Shown in pieces: positions 1 through 9,550 of a DNA stretch of 64,000 nt (positions are counted from its first letter, which is position 1; every line of letters begins with the position of its first letter). The notes under the pieces were generated by a model, which saw nothing but the letters and a program-made list of their open reading frames with translations, had not been told where the DNA came from and made no database searches. A program made the position numbers and the translations under genes. The DNA comes from an uncultured Clostridium sp. (GTDB lineage Bacteria > Bacillota > Clostridia > TANB77 > CAG-508), in the NCBI GenBank assembly GCA_900556975.1, contig USQZ01000001.1, forward strand, positions 3,197 to 67,196. Reading direction: 5' to 3'.

Positions 1-2
1 TA

Positions 3-305
3 AATGAATTATTAGGTAGTCCAATGCAATCTAAAATATATGAAGGTGTAGGACATATTGATTATGAATATTCTAAAAATGTAAAAGAACTTGATAGTAT
101 TTTTTCAAATTCTATATATTCATCACAACCTTTAATAATTGATATAGGGGCATATTATGCTGGAGTAATAAAAGGAAATATTCCAATTTTAGACAATACC
201 GGTAGAGCTAGTCGTATTAGTCCTGTACCTCAGATTATAAGAAGATATATTGCGAGTCGGAAAAAATTTAAGTTTACTTTCTGGAGTATCAGAAGAACAA
301 ATTAG
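3..305 (+). CDS. unknown protein, upstream piece. The frame is open to the left window edge and stops 15 codons after the in-frame CGG at 258-260.
   Basis: ORF track 24..305. The same frame is open from nt 3. No family recognised. The frame break is described in findings. Confidence 0.35.
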   Translation, partial: NELLGSPMQSKIYEGVGHIDYEYSKNVKELDSIFSNSIYSSQPLIIDIGAYYAGVIKGNIPILDNTGRASRISPVPQIIRRYIASRKKFKFTFWSIRRTN

Positions 306-561
306 AACTGCAATAGATAGATATACAAGTAATTCAAATACTAAAAATATCGATAGAGTATATGATGAACTTTCAAGTGATGAAATTGATACGATTTTTA
401 GGTCAATTGAAAAAAACAAAGAAATGCTTGACGGCAAAAGGGGATTAGAAGATTGCTTAGATGATGAAAGTTTAAAAATTTCTACAGAGCAAGAAGCAAC
501 AAGGATTGTTAGAGAAAGTGTACTTGGCAAAGACAAAATGAAAGAGGAAATGGAACGATAG
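250..561 (+). CDS. unknown protein, downstream piece in the +1 frame (effective continuation from GGA 259-261)
   Basis: ORF track 250..561. The +1 frame is open only from nt 241, so any join must lie within 241-305. No independent SD lies before the TTG at 250. Confidence 0.4.
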   Translation: MRVGKNLSLLSGVSEEQIRTAIDRYTSNSNTKNIDRVYDELSSDEIDTIFRSIEKNKEMLDGKRGLEDCLDDESLKISTEQEATRIVRESVLGKDKMKEEMER

Positions 562-576
562 AAATGGAGAATTTTT

Positions 577-1062
577 ATGATAAACAGAAGATATAGTATT
601 GCAATGTCTGAGACATTACATTATTTAAAAGGAATAAATCAAGATGATATTGATAAAATTCCGAATAAGTTTATGTTGTTTCTTAAAGAAAATGCAGATG
701 ATAATTATTCTTGTAATTTTGATTATAATAAACCTTTGAAAGAATTGAATCTTACAAATGAAGCAAAAGGCATAATTGCTATGATTTGTTTAAATTACTG
801 GTGTGAAACTGAAGAACAAAAAACTAAATTTCGTAATTATTTAAATATAAATGAACAAAATTATCAAGAGAAATTAAAAAAAATATATAATGTTGATAAT
901 ATTTTTAAAAATAGAAATAATACTGTAAATAATAATAGTAACTCAAATGTTGATGAAAAAACAGATAAAGAACACAATTCAAATTTACCAGCAAGAGTAC
1001 AAAAAGAACAAAATATATTTCTAAGAGTATTAGGTCTTATAAAGAAGTTAATAAATTATTAA
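577..1062 (+). CDS. hypothetical protein (161 aa, Asn-rich C-terminus)
   Basis: Clean ORF following the previous stop, with GGAGA 7 nt upstream of the ATG. No family recognised. Confidence 0.55.
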   Translation: MINRRYSIAMSETLHYLKGINQDDIDKIPNKFMLFLKENADDNYSCNFDYNKPLKELNLTNEAKGIIAMICLNYWCETEEQKTKFRNYLNINEQNYQEKLKKIYNVDNIFKNRNNTVNNNSNSNVDEKTDKEHNSNLPARVQKEQNIFLRVLGLIKKLINY

Positions 1063-1263
1063 GTTAGATAAGAGAGGTGGATAAAAATATGTTTATTTCT
1101 TATTTCTCTAAATCCAAATCTAATTTTTTTGCTTTTTTTATTTTATTAAAGAATGCTTGGGTGATTGCTTCGTTTTTTTCTTTGTTTATGCTAAGTATTG
1201 TGATACTGTACAAGGTAAAACTAAAAAATAGAAATAAAAGAGCAAGGTGCTGTCTGTGTTGAG

Positions 1264-1464
1264 ATGGAAGGTGCATGTATTGCTGCTGTTTGTAAATATA
1301 AGAATTTAGATTATTTTACGTTTTATTATGCAGAGGATAATATGGATGCTATTGAATGGGATGAAAGAAGTCTTAATCAATTAACTAATTTCGAAAAGAA
1401 AAAGTTGGTGCCTTATTTGGCGTTTGAATTGGCAAAAAAAATAAGTGATATAAGAGGATGTTAA
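1264..1464 (+). CDS. small hypothetical protein (66 aa)
   Basis: ORF only. It overlaps the start of the next gene by a few nt (operon-like). Confidence 0.3.
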   Translation: MEGACIAAVCKYKNLDYFTFYYAEDNMDAIEWDERSLNQLTNFEKKKLVPYLAFELAKKISDIRGC

Positions 1465-2195
1465 GCTTGGAAGAGTTTGTTGAAATAAATGGAGAAAAAA
1501 TATATTTTTTTGTTCAAAGAAAAAGAATAAAGAATTTGAATTTAAAAGTAAATGTTGATAAAACAGTGACATTGTCAATTCCAATGAGATTGTCAATGGA
1601 TGTTGCTAAAGATTTTGTTAGAAAAAAGAGCGGTTGGATAAAGAAACAGCAAAATTTTTATGAGATAGTTTTAAAAGAAAAAGAGAATTTGAAATTTGAA
1701 AATAATGAAACTGTGTATTTGCATGGAAAAAAGTATAAGTTGGAAATTATAAAGAATACGGTAAATGGTGTTAATGTAAAGGATGACACTATTGAGATTT
1801 ATGTGAAAGAAAAGTATGCAGATAATGCTGAATACATAAGTAGAGTATATGATAAATGGCTTAGAGAGTATGCATTAGAAGTTTTTGAAAAAGCTGTTAT
1901 TGAGTATCAAAAGATTTTAAAGGATTATGGGGTTAAGATGCCTAAAATAGAGGTTAGAAAAACAAAAGCTATATGGGGAAGTTGTATGCCTATGAAAAAC
2001 AAGGTTACGTTTAATTTGAATTTGATTAAAACGCCTATGGAATGTATTGAATATGTTGTTTTGCATGAGTTATCTCATTTTAAATTTCAAAATCATAGTA
2101 AGAATTTTTATAATTTTATTGCTATGTTTATGCCTGATTGGAAAGAGAGAAAGAGAATACTGGATAAAGAGTATATTGGAATAGGAAGAAAGTAA
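1458..2195 (+). CDS. YgjP-like metal-dependent hydrolase (DUF45 / M48-like, SprT-like fold)
   Basis: C-terminal HELSH zinc motif in the context VVLHELSHFKFQNHSKNFYNFIAMFMPDWKERKRILD. The size (245 aa) is typical of the family. An alternative TTG start lies at 1467. Confidence 0.85.
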   Translation: MLSLEEFVEINGEKIYFFVQRKRIKNLNLKVNVDKTVTLSIPMRLSMDVAKDFVRKKSGWIKKQQNFYEIVLKEKENLKFENNETVYLHGKKYKLEIIKNTVNGVNVKDDTIEIYVKEKYADNAEYISRVYDKWLREYALEVFEKAVIEYQKILKDYGVKMPKIEVRKTKAIWGSCMPMKNKVTFNLNLIKTPMECIEYVVLHELSHFKFQNHSKNFYNFIAMFMPDWKERKRILDKEYIGIGRK

Positions 2196-2234
2196 TGTTA
2201 AGGATGAGTATTTTTTACTCATTCTTTTTATATT

Positions 2235-2366
2235 TTAAAAGAACATTATATTTTATTTTCGCATTCCTTGCTAAAAGATTTTACCGCCCACTAAACTTTG
2301 TTTAGCAGGCTAGGTAAAAACTTTCAAACTGCGCGTCATTGGAAAATAAAATATAATGTTCTTTAA
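2235..2366. repeat. large inverted-repeat element: about 24-bp near-perfect arms flanking an 81-nt GC-richer core
   Basis: Left arm ttaaaagaacattatattttattttc (2235-2260). Right arm gaaaataaaatataatgttctttaa (2342-2366). The core contains an inner hairpin ctaaac/gtttag. Confidence 0.7.
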
Positions 2367-2473
2367 TAAAAAAAGAATAACATACAGAGATTTCCTTTTG
2401 CTCTAAAGGTTGCTTAATTGTGCAAATTTTGTTATAATGTGTTTGATTTTTACGAATTTTGGGAGAAGATTAA

Positions 2474-3115
2474 ATGAATAATTTTATTGGAATCATAATT
2501 TCAGCAATATACATTGCATTTGTTATAGTGTCATCAAAGTTTGTTAATAAATTGGGCGAAGAAGCTAGTAGGAAGTATGTACATATTTTATTGTCTAATG
2601 TTTGGATTATCTATTTGTTTTTTATAGATTCAATGTGGGCAGCTTGTGTTTTACCAATTGCATTTGTTTTTATAAATTTGTTTTCATATAAATTTAAATT
2701 GATAAAATCTATTGAACGTGAGAAAAATGATGGCTTAGGTACGGTATATTATGCTGTGTCTATGTTGATTGCTTCAATTATTTCATATGGAGTTGGTTGT
2801 CCAATCGTTGGTGCATCTGGTATTTTAATTATGGGATATGGAGATGGTTTAGCTGCTATTGTTGGAAAAAAGATAAAGAGCCAAAAGTATAAAATAGGTG
2901 ATACTGTAAAAAGTGTTGCGGGTTCACTAACTATGTTTATTATTAGTTTGGTGATTTCGTTTATAGTATTAAAAATTATAGGTATCAAGTATTTATTTCT
3001 TGATGCTATTTGTATTGCTGTTGTTTCAACGATTTTGGAAGCGGTTTCAATAAAAGGATTGGATAATATAACAGTTCCTGTAATTGTAACAATATTAACG
3101 TTATTGGCTGTTTAG
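2474..3115 (+). CDS. integral membrane polyprenol/diacylglycerol kinase-like protein (CTP-transferase-1 / phytol-dolichol kinase superfamily)
   Basis: Multi-TM protein with the GYGDGLAAIVGKKI motif. SD GGGAGAAG lies upstream. It sits directly upstream of dxs. Confidence 0.6.
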   Translation: MNNFIGIIISAIYIAFVIVSSKFVNKLGEEASRKYVHILLSNVWIIYLFFIDSMWAACVLPIAFVFINLFSYKFKLIKSIEREKNDGLGTVYYAVSMLIASIISYGVGCPIVGASGILIMGYGDGLAAIVGKKIKSQKYKIGDTVKSVAGSLTMFIISLVISFIVLKIIGIKYLFLDAICIAVVSTILEAVSIKGLDNITVPVIVTILTLLAV

Positions 3116-3124
3116 GAGGATTAT

Positions 3125-4993
3125 ATGATTTTTGATAAGGTAAATATGCCTGAGGATGTAAAAAAATTAAATATTGAAGAAAAAAAAGAACTTTCAGGAG
3201 AGATAAGAGAAAAAATTCTTGATGTTGTGTCTAAGAATGGTGGACATCTTGCTTCAAATTTAGGTGTTGTTGAGCTTACAATTGCTCTTCATTCTGTTTT
3301 TAATATGCCTAAAGATAAGATAGTATGGGATGTTGGACATCAGACTTATGTTCATAAAATGCTAACTGGAAGAAAAGATAAATTTGATTCTTTAAGAAAA
3401 ATGGATGGACTTGCTGGATTTCCTAGAACATCGGAATCTGAATATGATAGTTTTGATACAGGTCATAGTAGTACATCAATTTCTGTTGCTTTAGGTATGG
3501 CGAGAGCAAGAGATATTTTGCATGAGGATAATAAGGTTATTGCTGTAATTGGTGATGGAGCAATGACTGGTGGTATGGCACTTGAGGCTTTAAATGATGC
3601 TGGAATTAGCAAAACTAATTTGATTGTTGTTTTAAATGATAATGAAATGAGTATTTCAAAAAATACTGGTGGACTAGCTCTAATGCTATCAAGATTGAGA
3701 ACTAAAAAACTTTATATAAATTCTAATGTTTCTGCAAAGAATTTTATTAGAAAGATTCCTGTTGTTGGAGAGTGGATTGTTAAATTAGTTGTTAAATTAA
3801 AAAATAGTATTAAACAATTAATTATTCCAAAGATGTTTTTTGAGAATATTGGTTTTAGATATTTAGGACCTGTAGATGGTCATAATATTGAGGATTTAGA
3901 GAGTATATTTAATATAAGTAAAGAACTTGAAGGACCTGTTCTAATTCATGTTGTGACTAAAAAAGGAAAAGGTTATAAATATGCCGAGGAGAATCCTAAT
4001 AAATATCATTCTATATCTGCGTTTAATATTGAAACAGGTGAGAAGAAAAAAGGTTCTGTTAAAGATTATTCTAAAGTGATGGGCGAAAAGCTAGTAGAAC
4101 TTGCTGAGAAAAATGATAAGATTGTTGCTGTTACAGCTGCAATGGAAGATGGAACAGGTCTTTCAGAGTTTGCTAAAAAATTCCCAGATAGATTTTTTGA
4201 TGTTGAGATTGCAGAACAACATGCACTGGGTATGGTTGCGGGAATGGCTAAGAATGGCTTGAGACCTGTAATACCAATTTATTCGTCATTTTTACAAAGA
4301 GGATATGACCAGCTAATTCATGATATTGCTCTTCAAAAGTTGCCGGTTGTAGTATGTGTTGACAGAGCGGGAATTGTTGGAAATGATGGGGATACTCATC
4401 AAGGAATATTGGATTTATCTTTCTTAAATACTGTTCCTAATTTTACCGTAATGGCTCCAAAGAATTTTAGAGAATTGGAGGATATGCTTGAATTTGCAAT
4501 AAATTTTGATGGACCAGTGGCTATTAGATATCCAAGAGGCTCAGAAAGTTCATATGATTTTGGAGAGAAAATTGAAAAAATTGAATTAGGAAAATCAGAA
4601 TTGTTGCAACCAGGTGAGGATGTTACGATTTTGGCAATCGGAAAGATGGTTCCTTATGCAATGGAAGTTGCAGAGAAATTGAAAGAAAATGAAATTAATG
4701 CAGAAGTTATTAATGCTAGATTTATGAAGCCTTTTGATGAAGAAAATATTTTAAAATCAATTTCAAAAACTAAGAAAATTGCTACTATGGAGGATAATAT
4801 TTCTGCTACTGGATTTGCAAGTAGAGTTGATGTGGTAATTGCAAACGATGATTGCAAGGTTTTAAATTTAGGATATCCAGAAGATTTTATAAAACACGGT
4901 TCAGTTTCTGAAATTGAAAATAAATATGAATTAGATGTTGAGAGCGTTACAAAGAAAATAATTGAATTTGTTGGAAAAGAAAATGAAAGATGA
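3125..4993 (+). CDS. dxs: 1-deoxy-D-xylulose-5-phosphate synthase
   Basis: 622 aa. Contains GGHLASNLGVVELTIALH, the TPP motif GDGAMTGGMALEALN and IAEQHA. Full-length Dxs architecture. Confidence 0.95.
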   Translation: MIFDKVNMPEDVKKLNIEEKKELSGEIREKILDVVSKNGGHLASNLGVVELTIALHSVFNMPKDKIVWDVGHQTYVHKMLTGRKDKFDSLRKMDGLAGFPRTSESEYDSFDTGHSSTSISVALGMARARDILHEDNKVIAVIGDGAMTGGMALEALNDAGISKTNLIVVLNDNEMSISKNTGGLALMLSRLRTKKLYINSNVSAKNFIRKIPVVGEWIVKLVVKLKNSIKQLIIPKMFFENIGFRYLGPVDGHNIEDLESIFNISKELEGPVLIHVVTKKGKGYKYAEENPNKYHSISAFNIETGEKKKGSVKDYSKVMGEKLVELAEKNDKIVAVTAAMEDGTGLSEFAKKFPDRFFDVEIAEQHALGMVAGMAKNGLRPVIPIYSSFLQRGYDQLIHDIALQKLPVVVCVDRAGIVGNDGDTHQGILDLSFLNTVPNFTVMAPKNFRELEDMLEFAINFDGPVAIRYPRGSESSYDFGEKIEKIELGKSELLQPGEDVTILAIGKMVPYAMEVAEKLKENEINAEVINARFMKPFDEENILKSISKTKKIATMEDNISATGFASRVDVVIANDDCKVLNLGYPEDFIKHGSVSEIENKYELDVESVTKKIIEFVGKENER

Positions 4994-5747
4994 AAATGAT
5001 TTATTGATTGCAAAGGTTTTAGATAAAAAGAAAATTTGCAATTCTAAAAACAAAATTACATATACTGATTTTTTAAATGAAAAAGAACAGCATGTTATTG
5101 AGAAAAATGTGAGACTTGAAAATGCTTTTTTCTATGGAGTGAATGAAAATGCGGATAGAAAAATATTAGTTTTTTATCCAGAGAAATTAACGGAGGAGCT
5201 TGCTAGAAAATCACTTAAAAGTGTTTTGATTGGAATTAGGATTACATTAAAAAATGATCAAATAGGAGCTTATGAACATAAAAATTATTTATCTGCTCTT
5301 ATAAAGATTGAAATTGATAGAGGTAAAATAGGTGATATTTTAGTTGACGAGTATGGTGCTGATATAATTGCTTTTGATATGAACAAAGAGTTTATAAAGC
5401 AGTCATTGAGCGAACTTACTCGTTTTAGAAAAGCAGATATTGAAGTTATTCCTATGGATGATATCAAGCAAAAAATTGATAGATTTGAAGAAAGTACAAT
5501 TATTGTTGCTAGTATGAGAATTGATAATATTGTTGCTGAACTTGCAGGGTGTTCTAGATCAAATGCTGATGAGTACATAGGCGATGAAAGAGTACTTGTT
5601 AATTATGAAACGGCTTTAAAGAGTTCAAAAAGTGTTGATGAGGGCGATATTGTGACTATTAGAGGAAAAGGAAAGTTTAGAATTGACGGTTTGGTCAGAA
5701 GTACAAAAAATAATCGTTTTGTTATCAAAGTCAGCAAATATGCTTAA
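4983..5747 (+). CDS. YlmH-like S4-domain RNA-binding protein
   Basis: About 255 aa with a C-terminal S4-like segment (RIDNIVAELAGCSRSNADEYIGDERVLVNYE). The ORF track starts at 4962 and the ATG at 4983 is preferred. The start is uncertain. Confidence 0.7.
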   Translation: MKDENDLLIAKVLDKKKICNSKNKITYTDFLNEKEQHVIEKNVRLENAFFYGVNENADRKILVFYPEKLTEELARKSLKSVLIGIRITLKNDQIGAYEHKNYLSALIKIEIDRGKIGDILVDEYGADIIAFDMNKEFIKQSLSELTRFRKADIEVIPMDDIKQKIDRFEESTIIVASMRIDNIVAELAGCSRSNADEYIGDERVLVNYETALKSSKSVDEGDIVTIRGKGKFRIDGLVRSTKNNRFVIKVSKYA

Positions 5748-5782
5748 AATCAACATATTTATAGATTTTGAAAATAAAATAT

Positions 5783-5823
5783 TGCAAACTTATTATTAAA
5801 AATATATAATAATATATATTTTT
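5783..5823 (+). promoter_or_regulatory. sigma-A promoter (TTGCAA-17-TATAAT) overlapped by an 11-bp-arm AT palindrome, a candidate TetR operator
   Basis: TTGCAA at 5783-5788 and TATAAT at 5806-5811. The palindrome aaaaatatata-ataa-tatatattttt spans 5798-5823. It is low complexity, so chance is possible. Confidence 0.45.
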
Positions 5824-5844
5824 ATGATAGGTGATAAATAAATT

Positions 5845-6417
5845 ATGAATAAAACTAAAAGAAAGATTTTCGAAACTTCTATGAAATTGTTTGCTGAAAA
5901 AGGTTATGATGCTACAAGTGTCGAGGAAATTACTGCTACAGTTGGTGTTGCTAAAGGTACTTTGTATTATCATTTTTCGAGCAAAGAAGAAATTTATAAT
6001 TTTTTATTAGAAGAAGGTACAAAACTTTTAATAAATAATATAGATTTAAAAATTTCAAAATTAAATAATTCAATAGATAAATTGAGAGCAGTTGCGTTGC
6101 TTCAATTGAGAATAATAACTAAGTACCAAAATTTGATTACTATTTATTTATCTCAGGTTTGGGGTAGCGATCAACGAAATCAAAAGTGCCAAAAGTATAT
6201 AACTGATTATATTGGCAAGATTGAAGAGATTGTTAAAGAAGGTATTCAGAGTGGTGAGTTGAAAGATGGTAATAGTGGTATTATTGCTTCTGAAATCTTT
6301 TCATTTACGTGTGCTGGATTTATGTATAAAATAAAGTCAGGAAATCCAATAGATATTAAAGAGTTATGTTTGGAATTTGATAAAATGATTTATGGATTGA
6401 AAAGAGATGTTAAGTAG
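5845..6417 (+). CDS. TetR/AcrR family transcriptional regulator
   Basis: N-terminal HTH: RKIFETSMKLFAEKGYDATSVEEITATVGVAKGTLYYHFSSKEEI. Confidence 0.9.
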   Translation: MNKTKRKIFETSMKLFAEKGYDATSVEEITATVGVAKGTLYYHFSSKEEIYNFLLEEGTKLLINNIDLKISKLNNSIDKLRAVALLQLRIITKYQNLITIYLSQVWGSDQRNQKCQKYITDYIGKIEEIVKEGIQSGELKDGNSGIIASEIFSFTCAGFMYKIKSGNPIDIKELCLEFDKMIYGLKRDVK

Positions 6418-6450
6418 CAAGTGGTATTTTTAGGAAGGAATGAAATAAAA

Positions 6451-8184
6451 ATGGGTAAAGGTATACATGATTATGTTAAAATAACAGATTTAAAGGATAT
6501 GTTAAACAAGTCTGCAAAGGCATATGTTGATAAGCCGGCTTTTAGATTTAAAACTAAGGAACCTGGAGTTTTTAATGATATATCTTATAAAGAATTTTCA
6601 AATCAGGTTAATGCTTTAGGAACAGCGTTAGTTAATTTAAGTTTAAAAGATAAGAGAATAGCTGTTATTTCAGAAAATAGATATGAATGGGCTGTTTCAT
6701 ATTTAGCTGTTGTTGCTGGTACGGGAATTGTTGTACCAATGGATAAATCTTTACCTGAAAATGAAATTAAAAGTTTAATTGAACGTTCAGAAGTTGATGC
6801 TATTATATTTAGTGATAAATATCTTGATGTTATGAAAGATGTCAAGAATTCTGGAACTTCAAATTTAAAATATTATATTTGTATGGATTTAAAGAAAGAT
6901 GAAAATGATGTTTTATCTTTTAAAGAGTTAATAAAAAAAGGAGAAAAATTACTTGCAGGTGGAAATAAAGACTTTGTTGATGCAACTATTGATGCTGAGA
7001 AAATGTCTATAATGCTATTTACTTCTGGTACAACTGCAAAATCAAAAGCTGTTGCTTTATCTCATAAAAATTTATGTACAAACCTTCAAGATATTGCTTC
7101 AATGTTTGATATAGGTACAAATGATAGAATGCTTTCTTTCTTACCTTTACATCATACTTTTGAATCAACTGTTGGATTTTTATATCCAATTTATGCTGGT
7201 GCAACAATATGTTATTGCGATGGAATAAGACATATTGCTGATAATATTAGAGAATATCAAATTACTGCAATGATTTCAGTTCCTATTTTGTATGAGAATA
7301 TGTATAAAAAGGTAATGAGAGGTATCGCTAAAAAAGGTAAATTAGAAAAAGTTGAAAAAGGAATGAAAATAAGCAACTTTTTAATGAAATTGCATATAGA
7401 TGCTAGAAGAAAAATATTTAAAGAAATTCATGATTTATTAGGTGGAAAGGTTAGATTGTTTATTAATGGTGCTGCTGCTTTGGACCCTGAAGTTGAAAAA
7501 GGTTTTAATGCTTTAGGAATTAATATGGCACAGGGATATGGTTTAACAGAAACATCTCCTGTTTTAGCTGCAGGAAATGGACAACCTAAATATTCTAGAA
7601 TTGGTTCTGTTGGTAAAGCTTTCCCAAGTGTAGAATTAAAAATAGATGAACCAAATGAAAATGGAATTGGTGAAGTAATTGCAAAAGCTGACTCTATTAT
7701 GCTTGAGTATTATGGCGATGAAGATGCTACAAAGGAAGCAATTATTGATGGTTGGTTTCATACAGGTGATTTAGGATATTTTGATAAAGATGGTTTCTTA
7801 TTTATTGCTGGTAGAAAAAAGACAGTTATTGTGTTGAAAAATGGGAAGAATATTTATCCAGAAGAAATTGAAGCTTTGATTGGTAGAATTGATGGTGTAA
7901 AAGAATCTTTTGTTTATGGAGTTCCTGCTAATAATGCTGATGAAAAAGAATCAAAGATTAATGCTGAAATAGTTTATGAAAAAGAAAGAATGAAAGAGTT
8001 AATTGAGACTGATGATGAAGATAAAATAAAAGAATATATGTGGGAGCATGTTAAAGAAATTAATAAAACTATGCCATCATATAAATATATAAGAGAAATT
8101 ATTGTTACTGATCAAGAATTAATTAAGACAACAACGCAGAAGGTAAAAAGACATGAGGAAATCAAAAAAGTCCTAGGGAAATAA
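6451..8184 (+). CDS. long-chain fatty acid-CoA ligase (AMP-binding enzyme family)
   Basis: Contains the AMP-binding motifs LFTSGTTAKSKAV, GYGLTETS and TGDLGYFDKDGFLFIAGRKK. The ORF track starts at GTG 6421 and the ATG at 6451 is preferred. Confidence 0.85.
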   Translation: MGKGIHDYVKITDLKDMLNKSAKAYVDKPAFRFKTKEPGVFNDISYKEFSNQVNALGTALVNLSLKDKRIAVISENRYEWAVSYLAVVAGTGIVVPMDKSLPENEIKSLIERSEVDAIIFSDKYLDVMKDVKNSGTSNLKYYICMDLKKDENDVLSFKELIKKGEKLLAGGNKDFVDATIDAEKMSIMLFTSGTTAKSKAVALSHKNLCTNLQDIASMFDIGTNDRMLSFLPLHHTFESTVGFLYPIYAGATICYCDGIRHIADNIREYQITAMISVPILYENMYKKVMRGIAKKGKLEKVEKGMKISNFLMKLHIDARRKIFKEIHDLLGGKVRLFINGAAALDPEVEKGFNALGINMAQGYGLTETSPVLAAGNGQPKYSRIGSVGKAFPSVELKIDEPNENGIGEVIAKADSIMLEYYGDEDATKEAIIDGWFHTGDLGYFDKDGFLFIAGRKKTVIVLKNGKNIYPEEIEALIGRIDGVKESFVYGVPANNADEKESKINAEIVYEKERMKELIETDDEDKIKEYMWEHVKEINKTMPSYKYIREIIVTDQELIKTTTQKVKRHEEIKKVLGK

Positions 8185-8306
8185 GAAATGTAACAAAAAT
8201 GTAATAGAAAAAAGATACAAAAGTAATTGTATCTTTTTTTAGTTAACGTTATAATGAATTTAGTTAAATTTTGAGTTTGTACAAATTTAAAGGAGGTCAG
8301 TTTACA

Positions 8307-9353
8307 ATGTCATTATTTGATAAATTATTTAATCATAAACAAGGCATAGTAAACGTGAGGATGGTAATCACGGAAGAAAAGATATTGTCTAATATAGAAA
8401 AAGTTCAAAAGATGATAAATCCTAAGAGCAAAAAACAAATTGTTCAACTAGAAGAAGATTCTTACTTCAAAGATTTAGTTGAATCAATTAAGACATACTT
8501 GGAAGAATATCCTAAGAAAAAGAATTTTCCAAGAAGTGTGTATAAGGCTGCTTATGATTTAGTTGAATTTGCAACAAATCAATTCGAAGAGAATACTAAA
8601 AAGATTGAAGAGTTAATAATTCAAAGAGAGAAAAATATAAGCTCTGCTTTTGAGTTAAAAACTATTTTATCTAAAGTTTTAAAGAAAGAAGAAGGATATG
8701 AGCAAGAGATTGAAAATGCATCAGTTAAGTTTTCTGATGATATTGGTGAGTCTTTAAAAATTCTTTCTCAAGGAACTGATGATGAAGAAAAGAAATCTGC
8801 TAGAAAATTAATAGATGCTAGAATTAATAATTTGGAATCTAATTTCCATATAGAAATAGATATGGAAAGAATAGAAGATAAATCTAAGGCTTTAAGCTAT
8901 ATTGGAATTGAAATTGCTGATGCTTTAAAATATATACCAGCACCAATAGAAGAAGTTTCTTCTGTTCCTGCTCAAGAAAAAGTTGAAAAGGTTGAAGTTA
9001 AACCACAAGAAGTGAAAGCTCCTATTGTTAAAGCTGCACCTGTTCAAGCTAAAGCACCTGCAGCTGAAGTTAAAGCTTCTAAGAGTGGTTCAAATATTGC
9101 TGCTGCAACTGTTGTTAAACCACAAGCAGAAACAAAAGTTAATCCTATTCTTGCGCAAGCTAAACAACAAAAAGATGATGATCAAATCTTAAATGATATG
9201 TATATGCAAGAAACTAGATTTGATGTTAAGCCTTCATTATGGCAAAGATTTAAAAATTCTAAGATTATTAGAACAATTAGATATGTAATGAAAATTAGAG
9301 TTGTCCTTGAATTTCCTGCTTTACCAGAAGGAAGAGGAGAGAGTAATTTATAA
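8307..9353 (+). CDS. hypothetical protein with an Ala/Pro/Lys/Val-rich low-complexity segment
   Basis: AGGAGG lies 7 nt upstream of the ATG at 8307. The low-complexity repeat is KAPIVKAAPVQAKAPAAEVKA. No family recognised. Confidence 0.6.
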   Translation: MSLFDKLFNHKQGIVNVRMVITEEKILSNIEKVQKMINPKSKKQIVQLEEDSYFKDLVESIKTYLEEYPKKKNFPRSVYKAAYDLVEFATNQFEENTKKIEELIIQREKNISSAFELKTILSKVLKKEEGYEQEIENASVKFSDDIGESLKILSQGTDDEEKKSARKLIDARINNLESNFHIEIDMERIEDKSKALSYIGIEIADALKYIPAPIEEVSSVPAQEKVEKVEVKPQEVKAPIVKAAPVQAKAPAAEVKASKSGSNIAAATVVKPQAETKVNPILAQAKQQKDDDQILNDMYMQETRFDVKPSLWQRFKNSKIIRTIRYVMKIRVVLEFPALPEGRGESNL

Positions 9354-9364
9354 AAAATAGATTA

Positions 9365-9392
9365 GGGGACTACTAAAAGCGGTAGTCCCTTA
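9365..9392 (+). terminator. intrinsic terminator
   Basis: Hairpin ggggactac/gtagtccc followed by a T-run. Confidence 0.8.
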
Positions 9393-9420
9393 ATTTTTTT
9401 CAAAAAAATTAAAAAATGTC

Positions 9421-9449
9421 TTGACATATTTAAAGTATTAAATTATAAT
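9421..9449 (+). promoter_or_regulatory. consensus sigma-A promoter for the tRNA pair
   Basis: TTGACA at 9421-9426, a 17-nt spacer, then TATAAT at 9444-9449. Confidence 0.8.
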
Positions 9450-9469
9450 AGGTCTTGCAGTTGAGAAAT

Positions 9470-9546
9470 GCGCCTTTAGCTCAGTTGGTCAGAGCAACCG
9501 GCTCATAACCGGTGGGTCCAAGGTTCGAATCCTTGAAGGCGCACCA
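9470..9546 (+). tRNA. tRNA with a CAT anticodon, elongator type. It looks more like tRNA-Ile2 (lysidine) than tRNA-Met and is not an initiator.
   Basis: Cloverleaf with a G1-C72 acceptor stem gcgcctt/aaggcgc and encoded CCA. The anticodon loop is CTCATAA and there is no GGG/CCC anticodon stem. Distinguishing Ile2 from Met needs a classifier. Confidence 0.85.
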
Positions 9547-9550
9547 CCTT

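Noticed and set aside
189-536. Numerous 60-250-aa antisense or off-frame ORFs inside confident genes. Examples: 189-536, 2749-2988, 4654-5013, 5285-5578, 20197-21051, 22479-22832, 33402-34334, 49929-50684, 62219-62470 and 62590-63093.
   Set aside because: Each is fully contained in, or heavily overlaps, a gene with clear family signatures on the other strand or frame. The translations are Ser/Ile/Phe-rich shadows.
1077-1262. ORF 1077-1262(+), 61 aa, hydrophobic
   Set aside because: It could be a real small membrane protein, since an ATG at 1089 follows AGAGAGG. However, the Phe/Leu-rich composition is what AT-rich DNA yields by chance, and there is no other support.
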